Source of the DNA: Mobula hypostoma
Taxonomy: Eukaryota
Reading direction: 5' to 3'
Assembly (NCBI RefSeq): GCF_963921235.1
Contig: NC_086097.1
Span: forward strand, 200,510,001-200,574,000
Length of the DNA stretch: 64,000 nucleotides
The notes beneath the pieces were generated by a model. It saw only the letters and a list, made by a program, of their open reading frames with translations. It had not been told where the DNA came from and did not search any database. Of the stretch, positions 35,908 through 49,170 are shown piece by piece. The position numbers and the translations under genes are program-made. The number at the start of each line of letters is the position of its first letter. Position 1 is the stretch's first letter.

Positions 35908-38229
35908 TATGTTGGCTGGAGTCAGGGTTTTACACTTGAGGAGTGTAAGAAATTCAAGAGAATGTTTAAGGAGGATATCAGAAGGGATAAAAGAAGACAT
36001 GAGGTTGCTCTAGCAGACAGGTTGGAGGAGAATCCTAAGGGTTTTTACCCACATGCATTTTAAGAGCAAAAGGATAGGAAGGGACAAACTTGGTCCACTG
36101 GAAGATCAGAGGGATAATCTATGCACAGATAAAAAAGAGATGCAGGAGATTTTGAATGGATATCTTGCATCTGTATTTACTCTGGAGATGGACACTGAGT
36201 CCATAGATGTGTGGCCATACACCAGTGAGGCCATGGACCCTAGAGAGATTGCAGAGGAGGTGGTGTTTGCTGCCTTGAGGCAAATTAGGGTGAATAAATC
36301 TCCAGGGCTTGACAATGTGGTCCCTCGGACACCGTGGGAATCTAGTGCAGGAATTACAGGGGCCTAGCAGAAAGACCGAGCCACGGGTGAGCTGCTGGAG
36401 GATTGGAGAATAGCTAATGTTGTTCCATTGTTTAAGAAAGGCTCTGAGAATAAGCCAGGAAATTATAGGCCGATGAGCCTAACATCAGTAGAGGGAAAGC
36501 TATTGGATGTAATCTAAAGGACCAGATATACAAGTATTTGGATAGACAGGAAATGATACCGCATAATCAGCTTTGTATGTGGTAGGCAGTTACTAACTAG
36601 TCTTATAGAGATTTTCATGGTTACCAGGAATGTTGATAAAGTCAAAGCAATGAATGTTGTCTACACAGCAAGGCTTCTGACAAGACCCTGCATGGGAGGC
36701 TGGTCAAGAAGGTTCAGTGACTTGGTAGATGGAATTTAATGCAGACAATGTGAAGTATTGTACTACAGGAGGACAACCAGGGTAGGACTTACACATTGAG
36801 AGTTTAGGCACTGAGGATTGCCATAGGACAGAGGGAACTGGCAATACAGATCCATAATTCCTTGAAAGTGGCATCACAGGTAGATAGGGTCATAAAGAAA
36901 GCTTAGGTCATTGGCCTTCATAAATCAATGTATTGAGTACTGGAGCTCAGATATGTTGAAGTATTAGACATTGATAAGGCTTAATTTGGAGTATTGTGTG
37001 CAGTTTTGGTCACCTATATGCAAGAAAGATGCAAATAAAATTGAAAGAGTGCAGAGAAAATTTACAGGTATGCTATCGGGTCTTGAGGGCCTGAATTATA
37101 GAGAAAGGTTGAATAAGCTTGGAATTTATTCCTTAGAGCCTAGGAGATTGACAGAGGTATGTAAGATTATGAGGAGATAAATTTATCAGGCTTTTTCCTA
37201 CTGAGGGTGGGTGAGACTACAACTAGAGGTCATGGGTTAAGGGTGAAAGATGAAATATTTAAGGAGCCATGAGGGGGAACTTCTTCATTCAGAGGGTGGT
37301 AAGAGTGTGGAACGAGCTGCCAGCAGATGTAGTGGATGTGGTGTTGAGTTCACCATTTAAGAGAAAACCATGGCTGCGTGCTTTTATGCACTGAGTTGCT
37401 GCAATATGGTTTTCTGATTAGATATTTGCATTAACGAGCAGGTGAACAGTGTACTTAATAAAGTGGCCACTGAGTGCATATGTGCATATACTGTATAACA
37501 TAAGTGAACAAGCAAAAATTTCTTTTCTAAATACTTAAGAATACAAGGACCACTAAGGGACAATTATATAGTGGATTTGCAAAGAGCAAGTCATATTTGA
37601 CTAACTTAAACAGGCTGACATTTTAGTCTTATACGCTGTACTGAAGGAACACTAATTCCAGAGGTGTCTTCTGACATTATTCGGAGATCTTTCCTGTTGA
37701 ATTAGCCAATATTATTCCCCAAACACAGATCAAAGACTACCAACAGAAAGAAACTGGAGTTAATATTTCAGGTCCCTTGTACTTCAACAGAACAGGCAAG
37801 ACTGAATTAGAGAAAACAGCCAGGAGAAAATTGTCAGAAGTATCTGTGATCAGTAGAATACAGATAATTTAACTAAATGACAAGAGAATGTGAAGGAAAG
37901 GAGTGAAAGGAAATTGTATTCAATAAAGTTGGGAAATCTAGTGGTAGATAAAAAAGCCAGGGACACTACAGCATGAAAATTACTCCTATACAAGCCCATA
38001 TTATTAAAAGATACCTCATCTCGAGTACAATTCTATGACTACTCAACTCTAAGAAATACCAGTGCACTCATACCACATTATCAGCGCCTGGTATTTAAGA
38101 GAAATTGAAAAAGGTAGTTTAAAGCCAAGTTGTTAATGTCAGACAGTTGAATAATACTAATACTAAATAGAAATATTCTGTTTCTGGGGTTTGCATTGAA
38201 CATTGCTAGCACAGCTAAACCAAAGAGAA

Positions 38230-39595
38230 AATTCGATGGAGCAAAGAGCCAAAAGAGATGGGGGACATCTTAAATGAATTTTTTGCATCTGTTTTTACTC
38301 AGGAGACAAACACAGACACAAAGTTTATATAAGTGAGGCAAAGCAGCAGTGAGGTAATGGACCATATACAGACTACAGAGGAGGTGTTTGCTGTCTTCAG
38401 GAAAATTAGGGTGGATAAATCTCCAAGGCCTGATAAGGTGTTCTCTTGGACCCTGTGGGAGGCTACTGCAGAAATTGCAGGGGCTCGAGCAGAGATATTT
38501 AAAATGTCCTTAGCCACTGGTGAGGAGCTGGATGACTGGAGGATACCTAATGTCCTGTTGTTTAAGAAAGACTCTGAGAATAAGCTAGGAACTTATAGGC
38601 CAGTGAGACTGACATCGGTAGTGGGCAAGTTATTGGATAATATTCTAAAGGACCAGATATACAAGTATTTGAAAGGACAGTGAATTATTAGGAATAGTCA
38701 GCTTTGTACGTGGTAGGACATTTCTAACCAATCTTACAGAGTTGTTCAAGTAGGTTACCAGGAAAGTTGATGAAGGCAAAGCAGTGGATGCTGTCTACAA
38801 GGCCTTTGAGAGGATCCCACATGGGAGACTGGTCAAGAAGGTTCAGTTACTTGGCAAATGGAATTTCTTGCAGATAAGCAGGAGGTGTTACACTTTCAGA
38901 GGACAAACCAGGGTAGGACTTACACAGTAAGAGGTATGGCACTGAGGAGAGTGATAGAACAGAGGAATTTGGGAATACAGATCCATAATTCCTTGAAAGT
39001 GGTGTCACAGGTAGATAGAGTCATAAAGAAAGCTTTTGGCTCATTGGCCTTCATAAATCAAAGTACTAACTACAAGAATTCAGATGTTATGTTCAAATTT
39101 AAGATGTTGGTGAGGCTTAATTTGGAGTATTATGTGCAGTTTTGATCACCTACATACAGGAAAGATGCAAGTAAGATGTAAAGAGTACAGAGAAAATTTA
39201 CAAGGATATTGCCAAGACTTGAGGACCTGAATTATTGGAAAGATTGAATAGCTTCGAAATTTATTCCCAGGAGCCCAGAAAAATTAGGGGAGATTTGATA
39301 GAGGTATACAAAATTTTGAGGGATATAGATAGGGTAAATAGAGTTAGGCTTTTTCCACTGAGGTTGAGTGAAACCAGAACCAGAATTCAAGGTTTAAGAT
39401 TGAAAGGTGAAATGTTTAAGGGGAACATGAGGGGGATCTTATTTACGCAGAGGGTGGTGAGAATGTAGAACAGGCTGCCAGCAGAAGTGGTAGATGCCAG
39501 TTCAATGCCAACATTTAAGAGAAATTTAGATAGGAACATTGATAGGAGGGCATGGAGGCTATGGTCTGGTTGCAGGTCAGTGGGACTAGGCAAGT
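38230..39595 (+). mobile_element. CR1 LINE fragment with an internal RT deletion
   Basis: DKSP.PD...YRPV.LTSVVGKLL and downstream C-terminal motifs. Confidence 0.88.
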
Positions 39596-40149
39596 GAGAC
39601 ATGAAAATAAACGGGTAACAAGATGTTGAGGATTGCATATGCAGGAGGATGTTTAATAAGGTGAAAAGCCAATGCAAATCGCTTTTTATATGGTTATACC
39701 TGAACCTAAAATGTCAAAGGCACTGTGCCACTTAAAAGAAGTGTGTAGGGCTGGAGATTAAAAAAAAACAACACAGTTATGAGTGCAGATATTAGCAGAG
39801 GTGGTAGAGTGAGCTGTTTATCTTCAGAATTCTCAGTGAGGGGAATCAGAAAAGTTCTGGCAAAGGAGGGTCCTTATAATATCTCCGGGGTTAGAGGTGA
39901 AATTAAATGTACAGGGAAAGGAATGAACACAATTCAAAATCCCGTCTACATCCTCACCTAAGACAGAAGGTATGCATAAACCCGTTAGTGTCTTCCAGCA
40001 CTCATCATACCAGGTATGTAGAGGGAAAGGAAGCTATATAACATGTAACAAGCAGGTTGCTACCTAGTTCTTAATAAAACAATCTGGCACACCATGTAAC
40101 TGGGGGACTTTCCTTTACCAAACTTACTTGCATATTAAAGCTCTGAAGG

Positions 40150-40470
40150 GGCTCATTCAGCTCATCAGATCTACATCATCTTTCAGTAGAACTAGCCCGT
40201 CAGTTCCACTCTCCCCTTTACCTTTCTTACACCCTGCAACCTATTCTCCCTTATATACACATCAGCTCTCCTTTCATTCTTTTTGACAGGTTCGTATATT
40301 AATGGGTAACTTGTACAGGAACCAATTAACTAACTAACATGTCTTTGGGAATAAGAGGAAACCAGAACACAGTAAAAACACGCACAGTCACAGGCAAGAA
40401 GTGTACCCACCACACAGAAAGATCAGAATTTAACCCAAATCCCTGGAGCTGAGGCATCTGCATTGATCTC
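40150..40470 (-). mobile_element. Decayed V-SINE (HE1-like)
   Basis: Minus strand GGTTTCCTCTTATTCCCAAAGACATG resembles the V-domain. Confidence 0.45.
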
Positions 40471-41857
40471 ATCCACCTTGAAGTAAATTGGCATTATATT
40501 TCTTATGCTACAGGCCTAATTATAAAAAATTTCAATAAACTGTTAGTAACCATGGCATAGCTCTGATTAAAGGACACACTATTCCTGGAATACAAAAGAA
40601 TTACTAACAAGAAGCTATTCAGCCCATCAGGTCTACTCCATCATTCAAAATCATGACTGGTCCTATACCAGGCCCATTTTTTCTTTTTACCTAATTCACC
40701 TGTATTGCATTACTACCCAAAAAATTACCAGTCTTAAGCTTTGATTGTGCTCAATAGCAAACCATCGATTGGCATCTAGGATAGGCAATTCCAAATATTT
40801 ACTAATCACCAAGTAACAAAAAATTTCCATATCTCTATCCTAATTAGCTGATTTTCCAACTAAGTATAGTCTCTTTGCATCCACATCAACAATGCCTCTG
40901 AATCTATTGCTTGATAATGTTATCACCCACCATTCTAGATTTCAGAAAATTTAGGGTACTCCTACTGGATCATGCTTCATAGGATAACCTTCACATCCCA
41001 GAGCAAGTCCTGTAAATGTACATTGCAACACTACCAATTCAGATTTATCTTCAGTTTTAAAGAACAAAACTGCACACGTTACTCCAGCATCACTTAATTT
41101 GTCTTGCACTCTGCACCCAGTATCTAGTATCCTTCCCTTGAGCCTGCAGAAACAATGGAAATTAAATGGTACAATCGTGAAGGAAATCAAGAAGAGAAAA
41201 GGTCCAGATATTCACAAAACAAAATTATTATAGATACGAAAAACAAGAAAAAACACAGTTAAAAATGTTACTATGAGATTACAAGAGATAGAGAGCACCA
41301 GAAATAACAATAAATAAAAAACTGGTTAGGTCTTGGATGGAGTATTCTAGTGAATTCAGAGTATCTTATTTTTAGAAAGGATACAGAGGCGTCTAACAAA
41401 AATAGTATCAGGAATGAAATACTTCAATAACATGAAATGTCCAGAAATGCTGAAGTTGCTCCCCTTGAGGAGAAAAAACTTAAGGGGGAATCTGACTGAG
41501 ATCTTCAAAGCTATGAAGTATTTATAGAATAAATAAAGTGTTCTCTGGAAGGATGAGTAACTATACACATACTTCAGGGAAACTATGGTACAACAGATCA
41601 AAAATGCTTCCTTCCGTGGTGTATAATTCTGTCATTTCATGAACTACTTAATCTCCAGTAGATTGTTGCCTTAACCTGACTCAGTTCTTTTAGTATTGCC
41701 CTATTCTGCCCTCTCATAATCCAAACTCAATTCCCATCTAATTCTGTTTACTTTCCAGTGTCTGTTGGTCTTCTTCAAGGCTGCGTTATGCTATGATTGT
41801 ATAATTTTGAACATATTACAAATTCTCTAAAAATAAAAACAATATTACTTCACCCAC

Positions 41858-42084
41858 AAGGCATTATCAGCATCATCATTGCAGAATCCATTAGACATAG
41901 GATTTTGCTTCCTTTCTCCTGCTTTTTCATTGATCTTTTTCTCCTCTAAGTTCCTCAATTCCTTTTCCTTGGCTCGCTTCAGGATGTAAGCTGCCTGTTG
42001 TTCTAATATGCATTGTTGCACCATTGGAAAATCCTGCAGTGCCCGGATCTGTTCAGAACGATTGATCTCATTTCCATCCAGCCA
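41858..42084 (-). CDS. LRRC6: LRRC6 exon 5 ([19 protein letters not shown]...DADNAL)
   Basis: ttgcag|TGG acceptor, WLDGxEI motif followed by a charged coiled-coil-like segment. Donor TT|gtgggt chosen; an in-frame alternative ends at 41849. Confidence 0.88.
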
Positions 42085-42593
42085 CTGCAAAACACAAAAT
42101 GAGTAATATATAATTACAATTTTAATCAAAATAAATGATTCTATAGATATTCAAGGTATATTAACAGCTAGCAAATTCTGTTAGATGCAGTCCTGTACTT
42201 ACTGCATTTTTCTCTCCCGGTTTCTTTGACCTCTCAAAACACAAGATTTTTTTTTCAGTGAAAAGGGCAGAGGTGTTCACTTCAGACACTATTTTTACCA
42301 CAGATCTGCACATTGCACAAATGTGTAATCACTCCTTTCCAAGGTACACATAACTTTCCTTAGACTTAGCAAAGCAGAGCAAAAAGGTCAAGGGATACAA
42401 GTTTGCAGATAAACAAAGGGTGAACTAAGTTAGTAATATAGCAAATGAGATCACATCACATATAACTAAATTGTCTTCATTCCTTCACAGGCAATGAGAG
42501 AGTAATTTCATGACCCTGATACAAGGAGAAGATACATATTCCTGTTTGACTGGTGGAACCACAGCTGCCACTGAATGTGCTGATCCAAGAACT

Positions 42594-43030
42594 AGCAATC
42601 CTCCAAGAGGACCACAATCTTGTCAATAGGGTTTGGAGGCTTGCGTGCCTCAATAACCCAGAGAACTATGTTGGATGGAGTCAGGGCTTCATGCTTTAGC
42701 TCTTGGTAGGTTTACCCATGCCAAACTGGTCAAAGGGTAGAGGCCCGTTTGTGGTCCACCGATCCTCCAGGTTCAGGGGTTCAGCTCAGGGCTAATAATC
42801 CTGACAGGTAAAACAAAATTATTACAGAAACAGCAATGAAGACTCCTCTTACATCTGAGTGCAACGTATTCCTGAGACTCGTCTCAGGACTTGCATGACT
42901 GACAGTACTGAAAACCAGGAGGAAGCTACCGACTTGATAAAGGAAACTCTGAACACCCAGTGATGGAGGACCTTCATTGCTACTCTAAGTACCAGCGGGA
43001 TAATGGGCAAGAGAGAGAGAGAGAGAGAGA
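42594..43030 (+). mobile_element. RTE-like non-autonomous element with a (GA)n tail
   Basis: The 5' part resembles RTE 5' UTRs as I recall them. The 3' part (GGAGGACCTTCATTGCT...) resembles an RTE 3' end. Confidence 0.45.
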
Positions 43031-43306
43031 AGAAAAGGCACTACATTGATGCATTGAGATGAGTCATTGCTCCCTCGAGTATTGGACATGCTAACAGATT
43101 CTCTGATCTCTCTACCTGGGTTGCAGTCAGTCCTACGATTTTAATCCAATGAAGTTATGAATAATAAAAAGACAGTGGAAGGAGGATTTAAGGAATTTAA
43201 CTGAAAAGATAGATCATATACCAATACAATGTTACTGGATTGGGTTAAAGGTGCAGTGCAGTTAATGCAGAATCTAAATCTGATGCAATTAAACCATTGA
43301 GTGATA

Positions 43307-45455
43307 CACTGGACAACAAAGATTTTGCTTCCTGAATACTTTGGGGTGCATCTTATGGATTTTGGGCTGCTGATCATGAAAATTGTCATGAGATTTCCCA
43401 AACATGTACCATTCATATATAATCACCTATTTTGTTATTTCAATTCATAATTCAAGACAATTAAAATGTTGCCCACAATGTAAGCTGAAAAGTTATCTAT
43501 CTTGACCAGGCATACCTGGGCATGCTAAGGCAGGGTGGATGCTGCATGGCAGGACAGGTCTTAGAAAGACCATAAAAGCACCACATACACATCGTTCTAT
43601 GCATTGCATTTATACGTATATAGGTTTGTTATCATGTTGATATGTATGCTTTGTGCACATAGCATATTGTGTCTACTCATAATAAATTAATTGCATTTTC
43701 AGGAGTGCTTGTGACAGCAAAATGTCTCATCAATGTTGCAGTAGCCAAGATACTTCGTTATATTTGTGGCAAGTATATGCTTAAATCTCAAAGACGGCGC
43801 ATCACTTCTTTTATTAAGAAGGCCTATTAGCTCTATTTTTGGTGTAAAATTGGCATCCAAGACAAAACCTGGGCTCCTTACATTTGTTATGCAACATGCA
43901 TTGTTGATCTTAGAGCTTGGCTTTGCGGTTATCAGAGGTCAATACAGTTTGCTGCCCCAAAGATATGGCAAGAGCAGAAGGATCATGTGACAGACTGCTA
44001 CTTCTGACTGACCAGTGTGTCTGGTTTCTCTGATAAAAACAAGAAATCCATTGAATACCCCAATCTCCCTTCAGACATGAAACCTGTGCCAATTGATGAT
44101 CGTCTAGTACCAAAGGCACCATAGACATGGAGTCTAGAGGAGGCACACAAATATGCTATGATGCATGACCCTGGAATGGAAAATGCCACTGATCCTGATA
44201 TTGATCCCTTTATGTCAGGTGAACCTCATCTCACAACTTAATCTGAGTTAAATGACCTGGTCAGAGACTTGGGTTTGTCAACAGCAAAACCAGAAGTTCT
44301 GGGTTCAAGACTACAAGGATGGAATCTGTTTTCCCCAGGCGTACAACTGTGTTTCAGCACTGACATTAATGGGCTTTTGACAGCTTTGGGTTGTTAACAC
44401 GACCCACAATAATGGCATCTTTTTTTTGATTCTTCAGTGTAAAGCCTGAGGGCAATGCTGCTACACAGTGGCAATGTCCACCCTTCAACATAAATCGGCT
44501 ATGCAGTACACATGAAATAAAACTACTAAAATTTGGAAATCTTGTTGAAAAACACACAGTATAGCAACTACAACTGGAACATCTGTGGTAGATCTGAAAG
44601 TAATAGTGTTGCTACTAGGAATGCAGCTCAGATGCACCAAGTACTGTTGTTTCAATTATTAATGGGCTAGCCATGCTAAGGAATCTCATTATATTAAGAA
44701 GGATTGGCCACTCTGTCAGCAGTTGGTTCCAAGGCACAAAAGTGTGGCACATAAGCTACTTATAGACCAAACAAAGATATTTTTGCCTTCTCTTCAGATA
44801 AAACTGGGGTTTATGAAAAATTCTATGAAGGATTTCAATATTTGAGACAGGTGTTTCCCAGAATAACCGATGCTAAGATTAAGGAAGGCATTTTTATTGG
44901 TCCACAAATCAAACAGGTCATCAATGACAGGCAATTCAAAGAACTTCTAGTGGGACTGGAGAAAATTACATGGAAGACTTTTAAGAATGCTGTTGAAAAT
45001 TTTCTTGGCAACGATGTGCAGCTGGTTGGCAATGTGCTTCAAGCATATGAAGTACAATGTGTCACTAAAGATTCATTTTCTGCATTCCCAGTTAGACTAA
45101 TTTCCTGCAAAACTTGGCGCTATCAGTGATGAACTTGGTGGTTATGGAGAAACGATATCAGGGCAACCGGAATCCATTAATGCTGGATACTTAAGCAAGA
45201 AGCCTTAGACAGTGAGTACAAATGAAAATCATCAACAAAATATTTCTAGTTTAATTGAACTATTACAAAGTGTCGGCACCATTATGCAATTAAACATAAT
45301 ATATTAAATAAAAGTTAATTTCTTGTTTCTCCAAATTCCTATGTGGAACCTGTAGTCTGAAATTATATATGCCTTCAGCTTCAAGCAATCTATCATAACC
45401 GCAAAAAAATTCTGAGGAAGCAACACTTTTGGGGGAAAAAACATACTGTCCAGTT
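43307..45455 (+). mobile_element. Chapaev-like (CMC superfamily) DNA transposon, decayed
   Basis: Termini CACTGGACA...TTGCTTCCT and AGGAAGCAA...TGTCCAGTT. Translated remnants YICG...QDKTWAPYIC..C...W.EQKDHVTDCYF, ELNDLVRDLGLS, LP.L.IKLG.MKN and FPRITDAKIKEGIFIGPQI. Confidence 0.75.
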
Positions 45456-46504
45456 TCATTCAAGGCAGTTGGAGAATTAGAGATAGAGCACAAGAATTGT
45501 TATAACTTTGATACTTTAGCTTATGCAGACTTCAACTACATTGCCTCCTTACAAGCCAAAACATTCCCAGAACAAAAGTTATAGAAATTAGAGTTCTGAG
45601 ACAGGGTCTCCACCCAAAATGTTAACCAACCTTCTGCCTGACTTGCTGAATTTCAGCAAATTAATTGAAATCATAAAAGGTGCCATTATTAAGAATTGAT
45701 TCCATTGTCTGAAAATGGGCATTTATATGGCAGATAAAATTACAATCAGCTAGTAAGGTTGTTCACAGTGATTTCCTTTCGAATGCAGTCAATAGCCAAA
45801 AGCAACAAAATACATCACTTTTTCCAATGTCCCAGTGTATACACAACAGAATAAATAATATCCTTCTGTGCTAGCTCAAAGTTCAAAAGTTCAAAGTACA
45901 TTAATAATCAAAGCACAAATATGCCAATATACACAACCCTAAGATTCATTTTCTTGCAGGCATACTAAAATCTATAATAGAACAATAACCATAATAGAAT
46001 CAATGAAAGACCAGTGATTCTGGGCTTTGCCTTAACTGTGTTCTGTCGCTTAAAGTTGACAAACTAAATCAATAAATTAGATTATCTAACACAAAATCTA
46101 TTAAAACACTGAAGTTGAATAACTGGAAATGTGAAGCACTATGTTCTATCATAGTTTTATCCTTCTACAGAATTACAACTTTACAAAAGATGTCTATCAC
46201 ACGCTACTAAAGATTTATATTTTGATAATCACTCATCCCCAGAGATAAAATTGTTAAAATGTAAGGCATAACAGCTCTGATGCTATTTTCCCTGATGCTC
46301 ACCAAAATGAACTATAAATAGCTGCCTAATTTTGTAACACTGAAACACTTCATCAACCAATACATCTCCAAGTCCCTCCCAAATATCTTGATCTGATACA
46401 CAAATAACAAACCTAATCCTTTAAATAGATCTTGAGTGTTTATGAAAAAAATAATACACTAATGGTTAAAAGACAGGAATGCCGTGGAAGTCAAAATTCC
46501 TAAC

Positions 46505-46677
46505 CTTTAGCTGTGGGAGAACAGCAATCACAAACTTTCTGTAGCCATCAAATTCATAACAAGGGTTTCCAACCAGAAAAAGTTCTTCCAAGTGTACATT
46601 AGCTTTGAGTGACTCCACACTGGTCAGTTCACCCACAAAGTTTACTGTTAGGTCAAGTTTCTTCAAAAATTCACAGC
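46505..46677 (-). CDS. LRRC6: LRRC6 exon 4 ([58 protein letters not shown])
   Basis: ggcag| and |gttagg, 173 nt. LRR plus start of the LRR cap (GNPC...YRxFV...LPQLK). Confidence 0.97.
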
Positions 46678-47989
46678 CTGCCAAGGAAAGAGAAAAATTC
46701 CATATTTGAAGAATAGTTTGAGACCAGAGGCTAATGCTGCAACATAAAAAAAAGATGTATTCCTGCAGAAAGGGAGATGAAGGAAGGAAGCAGTGCAGGG
46801 ATGATTACGCTGTTAATGAAGAAAGTGTCTACAGGGGGCTTAAAAAAAGCAACTCTGGGGGAAATAAGTTACTTAAGTCACTGGCCTAATATAGATTGTA
46901 ATATTAGGTGATCGCATGAAGGAAGCAGATCATGGTAAGTTTAGGTTAGGTCTGTAAATTTGGTAGAGCAATGATTCTTCTCTTACAAGCAGTGCAGGTG
47001 AAACAAACATACTCATTCCAATATCCCTGACTTCAATTTAGGTACAGGTTTCACAAACCCATAGAAAGCTAGTCCTTGGTCATTAAATTTGACTGGCTGC
47101 TGAAATCTATGGCTTCCTACCTTATGAACATGTTCAAATTACTTCTACGGAGGTCAGTCACCTGCTTGAGCTAAACCAAAATAACTGCATTCATATCTGT
47201 TTGGAGTTGGCTTTTTGCATCAACCTGTCCTCTCAATCTCAAAGTGGTTAAAACTTAGCCCTTAAAATGTCTTAAAAGCCTGTCTTATATCTGTAGAATT
47301 TCAAAGTCCAACACACATAGGAAATCTGCAGAACTCAGACACTAGTTTCAGCTCTTGTAGTATTGAGGTAACTCTGCATTCAGTCCAAAGGCACTAGATG
47401 TATGTGTTACAATGACTGGGGATGTACTATCTCTTGATCAAGCAAAAAAAATCTTAGCACACATTTGTCATTGTGATGGCTAGAATATGTCAAATTAGAG
47501 AGAGGAAGATAAAGACAGAAAGTTTGTCAGCATCCCACAGATCAGCTGGATGATATATATAACTTTGCTTTCTGTATTGCTGCTACTGTAGACATGTTTA
47601 CTTTCCGTATTACATTTGCTCCAGTCCTAATAAAGTGTTTTCTTGGTGTTTACCACATGGCAGTGCCTCCCTTTGTTTGCAAATGCATTTGTGAATGCCC
47701 TGAGCTGAATCGGAAGGGAACACAGAAAAAAATTTACATAATTTTCATTTACAATAGGTTAAAGTGGAGGTTGAAAGTTTCTTGATCAGGAAAGAAGTAA
47801 AAGATTATGGGGAGAAGGCAGGAGAATGCACTTGAGAGGGATAACAAACCAGCCTTGATAGAATGACTTGATGGGCCAAATGGCCTAATTCTGCTCCAAT
47901 GTTTTATGGTTATATCCCAATGTCGAGTTTTATTCATGCACATTTTATTTGGCAGTGGCAGATTAAGAAAAAATTTCCGTTGGTTTTAT

Positions 47990-48285
47990 TTATTGATTTA
48001 TTTAGCAATACAGTGCAGAGTAGGCTCTTCTAGCCCTTTGAGCCATGCCACCCCAGCAACCACACGACCCCAATTAACCCCAACCCAATCACCAAACAAT
48101 TTATAACAGATGTCTGGTATATCTTTGGACAATGAGATGAAATCGGAGGACCTGGAGAAACCTCACGCAAACCATGGGGGGGAGCGGCATAAAGACTCCT
48201 TATGCCGAATTGAATTGAACGCCAAACTCTGGAATGCCCAAGCTGTAATAGCATCACGCTAACCACTACGCCACTGCTGCACACA
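47990..48285 (-). mobile_element. V-SINE-like element
   Basis: A-box-like GTGGCGTAGTGGTTAG and V-domain-like GGTTTCTCCAGGTCCTCCGATTTC...GTCCAAAGA. Confidence 0.6.
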
Positions 48286-48849
48286 ATTATTTAAACCATT
48301 AGGAGCTCCACTAGAATTATTTTAATAGAAAACATTGTTTTCTCAAATCTGTGAAGAGAAAATAAAACTGTGCAAAAGCAAGATGTTAGTCCAAAAAAAA
48401 AGAGACAATCAGAAAAAAACATCCATGGTAGTGTAAGAGGTTTCTAGTATTGCATTATTGTGTTGTACAGTTTGGTCCAAAACTTCAGGCTTCTGTACCT
48501 CCTGTTGGCAATATCAACAAAAATATGGGATGATACTGCCTTCTTGAGGCAGTGTCTCCTGTAGATGCTGTCAGTGGTGGGGAGGCCTATGCAGGTATAC
48601 ATCCTCAGCTCCATTCTTGATTTCATGACTCTCACCATGAAGTCTGGAAGCTTAAAAAAATGTGACTGTTGTGCACTACTAAAAGCAAGAGAGGGATAGA
48701 ATTCAGATCCATGCACAAACATGTTCTAACGGGTGGGAGATGGGTTGGCTTGATTTAGGCAACTCACAGGGAAAATGAAAATACTGTATCCAATTCTTTT
48801 GGAATTTAAGTAGATCACCTATTCCATGACAAGTTTAAGTTCAGCTTAC

Positions 48850-48927
48850 CCTCCAAATTCTCAATGCATTCAATGTTATTTAAAGCCAGATTAAGATACT
48901 CCAGTTTCTTCAGTCTGCCAACGTTTT
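48850..48927 (-). CDS. LRRC6: LRRC6 exon 3 ([26 protein letters not shown])
   Basis: tttcag| and |gtaagc, 78 nt, LRR motif, phase 1 to phase 1. Confidence 0.96.
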
Positions 48928-48983
48928 CTGAAAAACAAAATGGTCAAGCCAGGTAATAATAAAACATCAAAAGTTAGAGACTA

Positions 48984-49170
48984 CACACACAAAATACTGG
49001 AGGAACTCAGCAGGCCAGGCAGCATCTATGGAAAAAGGTACAGTCGACGTTGTGAGTCAAAATATCGACTTACTTTTTTCAATAGATGCTGCCTGGCCTG
49101 CTGAGCTCCTCTAGCATTTTGTGTGTATTAATTAGAATTCCAGCATCTGCAGATTTTCTCTCATTTAAAA
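48984..49170. mobile_element. PLE-terminal hairpin insertion
   Basis: Inverted arms of about 60 bp plus a 3' tail. 10-bp TSD TTAGAGACTA (48974-48983, 49171-49180). Confidence 0.85.

Larger units (their letters stand above)
31760..37366 (+). mobile_element. Long decayed CR1 LINE (ORF1 Cys-rich remnant, endonuclease, internally deleted RT) interrupted by nested insertions
   Basis: Cys-rich remnant (YTCKQCIKLQL) near 32000, DFNFPDIDW near 32365, SDHN near 33300, ENPKGFY near 36030, RT pieces out to about 37360. Confidence 0.8.
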
